A stretch of DNA of 64,000 nt from Rhizophagus irregularis (Eukaryota). The stretch spans positions 558,001 to 622,000 of the forward strand of contig NC_089431.1 in the NCBI RefSeq assembly GCF_026210795.1, read 5' to 3'. Positions 56,193 to 64,000 of this stretch are shown in pieces. Position 1 is the first letter of the stretch. Each line of letters opens with the position of its first letter. The position numbers and the translations under genes are program-made. The notes beneath the pieces were generated by a model. That model was not told the DNA's origin, did not search any database, and saw nothing but the letters and a program-made list of their open reading frames with translations.

Positions 56193-56713
56193 CATCAGGA
56201 AATTTTTTTTGGCGTAATTTAGTGTAATATTTCGAAGGTGGTGTAAAATTTCGAAATATTACACTAAAAACGTAATATTACAAAAGTTTACACTCTTAAA
56301 TTTGAATAATTATAGTAATTTAGAATATCTCGCTATCTACTGATCCAATCAAGACGATCTATAGCTCATTGAAATCAGCTCATCAAGACGGATCGAATGG
56401 TAGTAAAATCGCATTTCTACAGTTGATAGAACGCTCTATAGTATGCAGTAAAGTTTTAAATTAATAGAAAGTCATCTATCAAACGTAAAGATACGATTTT
56501 ACTACCATTTGATTCGTCTTGATGAGCTGATTCCAATGAGCTATAGATCGTCTTAATTGGATCAGTAGATAGCGAGATATTCTTAAATTACTATAATTAT
56601 TCAAATTTAAGAGTGTAAACTTTTGTAATATTACGTTTTTAGTGTAATATTTCGAAATTTTACACCACCTTCGAAATATTACACTAAATTACGCCTAAAC
56701 AAATTTCCTGATG
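56193..56713. mobile_element. 521-bp foldback (near-perfect palindromic) MITE with CATCAGGAA termini
   Basis: Arms of about 240 bp are reverse complements over almost their whole length. Flanks TCA / CCA fit a 3-bp TSD with one change, and removing the element restores the partner-gene frame. Confidence 0.92.
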
Positions 56714-56984
56714 CCACTGATTTACTTGAAGTCTCAGAAAGTGACGGTGATGGTGATAATATAGAAGATAGCGGTAAATCTTTCAAAAGTTCAGATAAGG
56801 ACTATGGCGAAAGACAAAAAACCTGACAACTCGTAACATCACGTGATTCAAAAAAAGGTGATTATGTTCTTAATTACTAGTTGTTTATTATGAATATTAA
56901 ATTTTAACAATTTATATAAATACACCTTTAGGCAAACCCGAAGCTTTAAAGGGGATGAAAAATGTTTTCGAAGTTTGTCAGTGG

Positions 56985-57034
56985 AGTGGGATACCACCAT
57001 ATGATATAATTATATCATATGGTGGTATCCCACT
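56985..57034. repeat. Perfect 50-bp palindrome at the element boundary
   Basis: AGTGGGATACCACCATATGATATAA|TTATATCATATGGTGGTATCCCACT is exactly self-complementary. Confidence 0.97.
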
Positions 57035-57049
57035 TGCCCTAGATTATAT

Positions 57050-57390
57050 TACCACCATATAATCTGGATACCACCATATAATCTAATTACCACCATGTAA
57101 TCTGGATACCACCATATAATCTAATTACCACCATGTAATCTGGATACAACCATATAATCTAATTACCACCATATGATCTAAATAATATAATCTAATTACC
57201 ACCATATAATCTAAATAATATAATCTAATTACCACCATATAATCTATTTATTTTTATGAATTAGGTATCTTTTTTATGCTCTAGCTATCCTTTAAAATCT
57301 TTCTTGCTATCTGTTTTTTTTTATCACCATATAATCTAACTACCACCCACCATTTAATCTAACTACCACTATATAATCTAAATACCACGC
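57050..57390 (+). repeat. 19-bp subterminal tandem repeats TACCACCAT(A/G)TAATCT(GGA/AAT)
   Basis: About 9 units at 57050-57246 and about 3 degenerate units at 57324-57388. The same core occurs in the palindrome arms. Confidence 0.92.
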
Positions 57391-58235
57391 TTTTCTTCTT
57401 GTTTCTGAGTCGTTTACATGCTAAATTATATAATAGGATTGTTGGCCTTCTGTAGCTGTTTAGATACCTGGTTTTATGTTAAGGGTGTTGACTTCCTATA
57501 CCTGATTGGATGCCGAATTCTATATTGAGTGCTTACCTTTTTGCGCCTATTTGGTTGCCTTTCTAGATCCCAAAATGTGGTAAAAAAATATCATGTTGGG
57601 TGGTGCAGTAGATCTGCGATTAATTTTGGCCGGCACTATGGTATAATTTCTAGCCGATCTTTTGGGCACATGATTTGAGGGATCAAAGTTGGCGCCATGG
57701 TAGTGACCTGATCGTGACCTGGTAGCTACCATGGAACTGTCATGGAACTGGCAAGGAGCTAGTATGATTTTATTAGTTCGCCAGTTTCAGGCCACTTGTA
57801 TGCTGGCTTGGATGCCGAATTATTACGTCCAATGTTCTGGCCGAAATTGTGGAATAGTGCTGGCTGAAATTATGGAGCGAATTTTGACTGCGCCTTACTG
57901 CGCCAGTCACGTGATCCTGTTACAGCACCGAACACCCTCACATAGTTACGGGATAGTGACGGGAATGTTCTAGGAATGTTTCCGGAACCCAATATATATG
58001 CATTTGTGTCAAAAAAAATGTCTAAACAAGTACAAATCATAAATCTTGAAACTGGACAACAAATCACACTAGATGGCTTACACAATATCAGTGGCTAAGT
58101 TTAATTCTACTTTCGTCTACATATTTGTCTTTTTACGGTGTTTTTTAGCATGAATATCGTACTTCTGAGGCCCGATCATGGGTCGAGGCAGTGTGTATGC
58201 CAATTTTTTTTTGAGCGCCCCTATAAAAATTCTCT

Positions 58236-58975
58236 GTCCCTAGTGTCCCTAGTGTCCCTAGTAAAAGTAAAGTTGTGGCCGAATTTATGGAATATTACGT
58301 TATCAAAATTAAACAAAAATCTATTGTGCCAAAAATAATAATAAAATTTGTCTAACTTCAATATCAATTTTGGATATTCTATTGGGCGTGCAATTTGTAT
58401 TAGCTTGGCCGGCCCATTTGTTTGCTAAGAAGTACACCATAACTATTGCGCCAGTATATGTATGCCGATTTCGTGTCCGAAGTTCAAATCATTAGAGTGC
58501 ATTCATATTGCCTTCGGTGGCATATTTTCAGGCGTATTAGTGCAAAATAGGACGGATTTTTTGTTGTCACCAGCTGTCACTGGTGTCACCAGTTAGTATA
58601 CGGAACTAGTGACAGAACTAGTGACACGTTCGTTATACTTCTTGAGGTTATTATGCTATTTCATTTCTTTCTTGATTAGTGTCACTAGTGTCACTAGTAA
58701 AAGAGTAATAAATTCTAGGAAAAAAAATCGAAGTTTTTCTATGCTATCCAGTCTATATAAGATATAATATGATGAATCTATGATGTACAGTATGTATGCT
58801 AAAAAAAAATAAAAGTTGGGAACCTCGGATTTTCTCCAGTGACACCAGTGGCACCAGTGACGCAGACGATAGGCTCATCAAGAAAAGTTTCCTTCGGCTT
58901 AGAATTCCTAAAGAGCCTATCGTCTGCGTCACTAGCTTCTGTCACCAGCTTTTTTTTCCTGTGTCACTAGTGACA
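58236..58975. repeat. Cluster of 9-bp GTGTCAC(T/C)AG motifs in direct and inverted orientation, plus a 21-bp hairpin
   Basis: TGTCCCTAG x3 (58236-58261); GTCACCAG / CTAGTGAC groups at 58565-58627, 58677-58698 and 58836-58975; perfect inverted repeat 58856-58876 / 58913-58933. Confidence 0.8.
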
Positions 58976-59248
58976 AGTTGTATCATTTTCGTTTACCTCT
59001 AAATTACCTACCAGTATCTCTGCCGAAGCTAAGTCTACCATCCTTTTCTGATGGTATTGTTCCCTTTTACGGTGCTTTCTAGCATGATCATCGCAATATC
59101 CATATCTGGAATAAGATAATTTTCCACATTCTTTGCAAAATACCTGAGAAGGAGAATTGCGATGAATAAAACATTCTTCCGGATGGTAGCATCCTCGATT
59201 GCAAATCTTACCACTCCTGTGGATATAAGTACATCGATAAAATACCAT
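58967..59248 (-). CDS. Small Cys/His-rich zinc-finger-like protein, divergent from polB
   Basis: 93 aa with an ATG start. CTYIHRSGKICNRGCYHPEECFIH and CKECGK..YGYCDDH metal-binding-like patterns. Confidence 0.65.
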   Translation of the reverse strand: MVFYRCTYIHRSGKICNRGCYHPEECFIHRNSPSQVFCKECGKLSYSRYGYCDDHARKHRKREQYHQKRMVDLASAEILVGNLEVNENDTTCH

Positions 59249-59372
59249 TTTAATAACTATGGATTGTTGATTTATGTATCGATCTATATAGTTCGGAATT
59301 AATTTTCATTTTAAACTTTTTTCTCCCGGAGTATATAGTTTCTCTCGAACTGTATATTTGCGATATAATATT

Positions 59373-62300
59373 ATGACTGAACAATCCTCGCTTTCAGAGT
59401 TCTTCGACGCCTCCGCCCTTTTTCATCCAGAGGCTGAAAAAGATAAAATGGAAGCCCAAATAATTCGCTATTCCGGTGAAAAAAACTTGTCAGGCATTCC
59501 AACTCTGGATGATATAGTTGCAGAAAATGATGAGGGATTAATGACAATTCTTGAAGATGCTCTATCTAAGCAACATGATATTCCTTTTATGGCCATTAAG
59601 AATGAAGGGTCAACAGAAAAGATAAAAGGAATGTACCGCTATGTATTGCGTCTTTATGGTCGCCTTATTAACGGCCAAAAGGCACTGGTAACTCTTGTGG
59701 GCATTCAGGTTTTCTTTGACATTCTCGTACCAGACGGAGAGACCTCAGATGAATGCGAAGAAAAGGTGAACAAAATTCTCTTTAGCATTGTGAAATCATA
59801 TAAAATAGAGCATATTAAAGCTTTCCCTTTTCGCGGTTATCATACAGAAAAAAAGACATATTTGCGAATTTATACAAACAGTACTGGCGGTAGAAAGACT
59901 GCTATTAAAGCTGTTCAAGATAATAACTTCGAGACTGCATCAGATGATTTATACTCATTTCACCGTAAGGTAGCCCGAGAGAACGGTATTCAACTCTCTG
60001 GATGGTCTATAATAAACAAATATATTTACAAGCAAGGCAAAGGGACCAGCCCGCTCTATAAGCATGAATTCGATGTATCTATAAAAGATTTCTGTCCGCT
60101 AGAGGATATTACAACAATAAGTGACCGATTCCCTATTTCAGCTCTCTTACGGGATCGTACTCTTGTTATCACGTGGGATATTGAGACGCAATCACAAGAG
60201 TTGGGTGAATTTGCCGAAGTCCTTGATCTGAATCATAATGTTTTTATGATTTGCATGACATTGCATTGGAAAGATGATCCAAAACCACTAAAGCAAATAA
60301 GTATCGTCGATGTTGAGGCAGAACCAGATCCACGCTGGACCACAATCGTATGTGGAAACCAAGAAAATCTGCTGAAAGCATTTGCCCTCTACTGGCGAGC
60401 ATTTGCACCTGACATCCAAGTTGGGTTCAACGATTCTGACTATGATTGGCATTTTATTATGGAGAGAGCATATCATCTTAACATACTCGAGTGGATGTGG
60501 GAGCGAATGACAGGAAAGTTTGAAAGAAAGAAAGAAATTATAAAGTGGAAATATCGTGGAAAGATAGGAGCGAAATCAGAAAATGATTACATGAAAAAGT
60601 ACCCTGTTAAGGCTCCTGAGAAAGGGGAGGAGGATCCAGAGGAGAAAGAATATATGGGTGGTCCAATTAAGATCAAAATTAGTGCGGAAGAAGATTTTAC
60701 TTCTAGCTTTCTTGAACTGCCAGGTTGCATACCAATTGACGTCCGAGTGTGCCTCAAAAAACGTTTCCCTCGTTCTGAAGTCGATAAGAAAGGTTCACTT
60801 AAATTTTTCTTACAAAAGTGTGGTCTTGACAGTAAGGCCGATATGCCATATGATAAAATGTGGAAAATCTATTCAGAGGCAAAAAAAAACCCCTCCTCAA
60901 CAACCACAAGAAATATGCGTGAAGTAGCACATTACTGTATTATAGATGCACTGCGCTGTCAAGAGCTTTTGGTAAACCAAAGTATAATAAATGATTATAG
61001 AGAGGTCGCCTCCATAGCTTATGTTTCTCTTTTCGACGCACACTATCACGCAAATGGAATGAAGGTACGAAACCTTCTCGGCGCATATGCTGTCAAACGA
61101 GATATGGTAATAAGTACAAGGGTTCATGAAAACATAGAAAAAGGGAAATATCCTGGTGCGTACGTATATCTACCTAAAAAAGGGATTGAAAGTAAAAGAC
61201 CTGTAACGGGATTGGATTTTGCTTCATTATATCCTAGTATTATAATGGCATATAACCTCTCCCCAGAAAAATTTATATTTGATCCAAAGGATGCCGATAT
61301 TGCGCAAAATAATGGAAATAACTTGCATAAGATTGAGTTTTCGTTTAATAATCATATCGTCCAAGCTTGGTGCATCCGCCATGATAACCAAACGGAAAAG
61401 ATAGGCCTATATCCGGCCGTATTGAAGGATTTATTTAACAAGAGGTTGGATCTTAAAGCACGTCTAGCCCCACTAGGAAAGAAAAAGCAACATCTTGGGA
61501 AGATGATAAGTTCAACTAAAGAAAGAGGCAAAAAGATTCCAGAAAGCTTAAATTTAGAATATTCATCCGTATGCTTTGATTACGATTATTGGGATTCGAA
61601 GCAAAAAGCTTTGAAGGTATACATGAACACTTTTTATGGGGAAGCTGGAAACTCACTATCTCCTATCTTTCTTCGTGAATTAGCCTGTGGAACAACTACG
61701 GCGGGAAAATATAACCTTAATCTTGTTGCCGAATTCGTAACAAAGAAAGGGTTTGGGATAAAATATGGGGACACCAATTCTTTGTATCTTACCTGCCCAG
61801 ATAAGTATTATGAAATATGCGATAGAGCTTTTAATGAAGTAAAGCTTTCCAAAGAAGCGTACTGGACTGAAATGGTCAAAATTACTATGGATGTGATGAG
61901 AAAGTTGCGCGATCAAGTAAACGCTTATCTTAGGATAAAAAGTGGGACCTCTTATCTAAAGATGGCTTACGAAGAGGTATTATTTCCCGTCTGCTTTACT
62001 GGCAAAAAGAAGTACTTTGGGATTGAGCATGAAGATGTAGTAAACTTTAAACCAAAAAACCTCTTCAAGAAAGGAATAGAAACTGTAAAGCAAGGTAAAT
62101 CCCAGCTTCTCAAATTCATCGGAGAGAAGATTATGAGAGAGGCTATGGATATAAATAATACACGTCCAATTCACGAAATTGTTAAAGATACTCTTAGAGA
62201 AGCCCGAAACAAGGAATGGGATTTCAATGAATTTATCATAATGGGTACATGGAAGCCTAAGAAAAATAATCTCTGCAACAATCGCTTTATGGGACGTATG

Positions 62301-62606
62301 AGAGAGAGAAATGAGAGGATTCCTGATCCTGGTGAACACTTTAGCTATGTTGTTGTGAAGGGTCCTCGTCTTCGCAATGAGAAAGGCAGGTTAATACCGT
62401 ATAGAGTTGGGGATTATATGGAGTATGCGGACATAGCAAAGGAGCAAAACATGGAAATAGATATCAATTATTATTTAGGCACTACGGTTGGAATGTGCGC
62501 ACGCTTTATTAATGAGGATGATAGCTATCAACCGCCCTCATCACATAAAATAATGCAGATCAAGGATTCAGATGTGAGAGAAAAGAAGATCGACAAATAC
62601 TCCTAG
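59373..62606 (+). CDS. polB: Family-B DNA polymerase, Asfarviridae/NCLDV-like, intronless, probably inactivated
   Basis: Exonuclease motifs TWDIET, GFNDSDYDW, YCIIDA. Polymerase motifs GLDFASLYPS, KQKALKVYMNTFYG, YGDTNS (D to N), MAYEEVLFPVCFTGKKKYFG. No pol-delta C-terminal Cys clusters. TAG 62604-62606 may be premature, since the frame continues to TAA at 62654. Confidence 0.92.
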   Translation: MTEQSSLSEFFDASALFHPEAEKDKMEAQIIRYSGEKNLSGIPTLDDIVAENDEGLMTILEDALSKQHDIPFMAIKNEGSTEKIKGMYRYVLRLYGRLINGQKALVTLVGIQVFFDILVPDGETSDECEEKVNKILFSIVKSYKIEHIKAFPFRGYHTEKKTYLRIYTNSTGGRKTAIKAVQDNNFETASDDLYSFHRKVARENGIQLSGWSIINKYIYKQGKGTSPLYKHEFDVSIKDFCPLEDITTISDRFPISALLRDRTLVITWDIETQSQELGEFAEVLDLNHNVFMICMTLHWKDDPKPLKQISIVDVEAEPDPRWTTIVCGNQENLLKAFALYWRAFAPDIQVGFNDSDYDWHFIMERAYHLNILEWMWERMTGKFERKKEIIKWKYRGKIGAKSENDYMKKYPVKAPEKGEEDPEEKEYMGGPIKIKISAEEDFTSSFLELPGCIPIDVRVCLKKRFPRSEVDKKGSLKFFLQKCGLDSKADMPYDKMWKIYSEAKKNPSSTTTRNMREVAHYCIIDALRCQELLVNQSIINDYREVASIAYVSLFDAHYHANGMKVRNLLGAYAVKRDMVISTRVHENIEKGKYPGAYVYLPKKGIESKRPVTGLDFASLYPSIIMAYNLSPEKFIFDPKDADIAQNNGNNLHKIEFSFNNHIVQAWCIRHDNQTEKIGLYPAVLKDLFNKRLDLKARLAPLGKKKQHLGKMISSTKERGKKIPESLNLEYSSVCFDYDYWDSKQKALKVYMNTFYGEAGNSLSPIFLRELACGTTTAGKYNLNLVAEFVTKKGFGIKYGDTNSLYLTCPDKYYEICDRAFNEVKLSKEAYWTEMVKITMDVMRKLRDQVNAYLRIKSGTSYLKMAYEEVLFPVCFTGKKKYFGIEHEDVVNFKPKNLFKKGIETVKQGKSQLLKFIGEKIMREAMDINNTRPIHEIVKDTLREARNKEWDFNEFIIMGTWKPKKNNLCNNRFMGRMRERNERIPDPGEHFSYVVVKGPRLRNEKGRLIPYRVGDYMEYADIAKEQNMEIDINYYLGTTVGMCARFINEDDSYQPPSSHKIMQIKDSDVREKKIDKYS

Positions 62607-62805
62607 GACGAGGCTGAAAGACAGCTTAAAAAATATATAAAAACTTTACAATAAACCTTTCTAGGTATTTCGATGATTCGTCCGAAGCAGATATAGACGA
62701 GATCATTGAATTATATAGATAAGTACTCTTAGCGGGATGTGGCAATTTCAGCTAAGATACCTCATATAATATTTATATTTTTTCGTAGAATAATACCGGC
62801 TAACT

Positions 62806-63915
62806 TCAATTTCTATCTCCGACAAGGCGCCTCCGATCATACAGTTCGGCCTCGGAAATGCCCGGAGATGATAAAAAATAGTTCTGGTAAGGAGAATATT
62901 CAATATTACTTTTTTTCCGCGAATTCCACCATTTCCTGGCCATAAACCATATAATCGTAATAAGTACTAGGGTAAGTATAAAATATATTAACATAGGCGA
63001 CATCAAGGAGCTCGTGACGATAGGAGCAGTTGCTGGTAAAGACACCGCTTCTACACCACCTGCGGAAAATATTTGGGAGGGTGGAGGATTAAGAGCGGAA
63101 AGTTGTAATTCTTTTGGGACCTGTTCACTCTCATTTTCTTTTAAATTGTTTATAGGCGGGGGTGGACGATCTACTTCATTATTGTCCTTTAACGCTAACT
63201 GCTCCCTAAGGGACCTATTTGCCTCTATTAAATTTGACCGCGTTAAAAATAAAGAATCTATCATCTGATTGTATATGTTTTTTGAGGACTCTATTCCCTT
63301 TTCCATACATTCTATTTCGTATTTTTTCGAGGATAAATCACCCCTCACTTGCTCCAATTCAAGCCTAAGAGAATCGATCTCTTTAGGATCAGATGAGTTT
63401 ATTTGGGCCGGCTCATCTATTAGTCCTCCTACTACATTTGAATCGTGGAGCACCTGATCTAGCTCCAAGTCATCCAACTTACCTTCCAATTCACGTACTT
63501 TAGTTTCAAGAGAAAGAATCTGGACCTTATCAGCGGACGAAGCTTTCTGGGTCAAAGTTGCTTCTCTCTTTAGTGTTTTAATATTAGATTTGAGCGATTT
63601 GATTTCGGCAGTATATTTGGCTTCAAGCTCATGTTGACTCTCGAGATGAGACTTTCGTTCAGAAATAAGTTGGGATCTAACTTTAGTAGTGGATGCAATT
63701 AACTGGCTAGCTTTATTTTCAAACTCCTTTTCTCGCTCATTGTACTTATTTACCAGCTTTTCGCTGAGATCATTAATCTCAGAGTTAAATTCGGTAATGG
63801 ATCTTAATTTTTTTTCGAGCTCTTGCTCATATGCACTACCCAGCCAATGACCAGGTTTTTTATAAGAACCACCCTCTCTATCTTTTATATCATTCAATGT
63901 ATGCACATTGGACAT
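62806..63915 (-). CDS. Coiled-coil protein with a C-terminal transmembrane helix
   Basis: 369-aa intronless ORF with a long heptad-rich region and the hydrophobic segment MLIYFILTLVLITIIWFMA followed by RKWW. Convergent with polB. Confidence 0.78.
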   Translation of the reverse strand: MSNVHTLNDIKDREGGSYKKPGHWLGSAYEQELEKKLRSITEFNSEINDLSEKLVNKYNEREKEFENKASQLIASTTKVRSQLISERKSHLESQHELEAKYTAEIKSLKSNIKTLKREATLTQKASSADKVQILSLETKVRELEGKLDDLELDQVLHDSNVVGGLIDEPAQINSSDPKEIDSLRLELEQVRGDLSSKKYEIECMEKGIESSKNIYNQMIDSLFLTRSNLIEANRSLREQLALKDNNEVDRPPPPINNLKENESEQVPKELQLSALNPPPSQIFSAGGVEAVSLPATAPIVTSSLMSPMLIYFILTLVLITIIWFMARKWWNSRKKSNIEYSPYQNYFLSSPGISEAELYDRRRLVGDRN

Positions 63916-64000
63916 AATATTAGCATGGTTATATATTAGAAAAAAAAAATGTACGAATTTATTTCCGAGATAATAAACTTATCCTATACAATCAGAATAA

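Larger units (their letters stand above)
53320..56984 (+). pseudogene. Divergent partner gene of the CMC element (RG-rich and acidic low-complexity protein), multiply interrupted
   Basis: ATG 53320 (MTRLRKFQ); spliced exons encode GQGRGRGRGRG, ..SEDEPES.. and ..KGMKNVFEVCQW. Pogo sits in an intron and the foldback in an exon. TGA stops at 53640, 56174 and 56824; the gene ends abruptly at 56984. Confidence 0.65.
56985..64000. mobile_element. Endogenous virus-like element related to Nucleocytoviricota (Asfarviridae-type polB); left terminus inside the window, continues past the right edge
   Basis: Sharp junction truncating an exon; terminal palindrome plus tandem repeats; intronless, closely packed ORFs; higher GC than the host region; asfarvirus-like polymerase. 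Confidence 0.72.

Noticed and set aside
57050..57390. CRISPR-like array
   Set aside because: The units are contiguous with no unique spacers, there are no cas genes, and the context is eukaryotic.
57547..58338. Several short ORFs on both strands near the element terminus
   Set aside because: They are overlapping, short and without recognisable motifs. A broken + strand ORF at about 57812-58098 is possible but unsupported.
59373..62606. Polinton/Maverick protein-primed polB, or host DNA polymerase delta
   Set aside because: The motifs are of the RNA-primed NCLDV type; no integrase or capsid is seen in the window; the ORF is intronless and lacks the pol-delta C-terminal Cys clusters.

Overview
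This is AT-rich eukaryotic DNA with short GT-AG introns. The gene content (expanded tyrosine-kinase-like kinases, a Crinkler-type kinase fragment, pogo/CMC/Helitron elements) points to an arbuscular mycorrhizal fungus (Glomeromycota, Rhizophagus-like). 1-44.6 kb is host chromosome: two paralogous multi-exon KH-like genes, an intronless HSF with a duplicated oligomerisation segment, a 3-exon unknown gene plus a decayed paralog, and a tandem triplication of TKL kinase genes (middle copy gutted). It also holds a decayed LINE, a non-autonomous Helitron and several MITEs. From about 45 kb the window is a nest of mobile DNA: a decayed CMC/Plavaka-like transposase and its divergent partner gene, the latter hit by a pogo/Tigger element and a 521-bp foldback. 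The partner gene is cut off at 56984 by the most interesting object, an intronless, more GC-rich, virus-like segment. It begins with a perfect 50-bp palindrome followed by 19-bp tandem repeats, contains an iteron/hairpin cluster, and encodes a small Zn-finger protein, an Asfarviridae-type family-B DNA polymerase (catalytic YGDTDS changed to YGDTNS) and a coiled-coil membrane protein. It runs off the right edge of the window. All family assignments are by eye from motifs; no searches were run.
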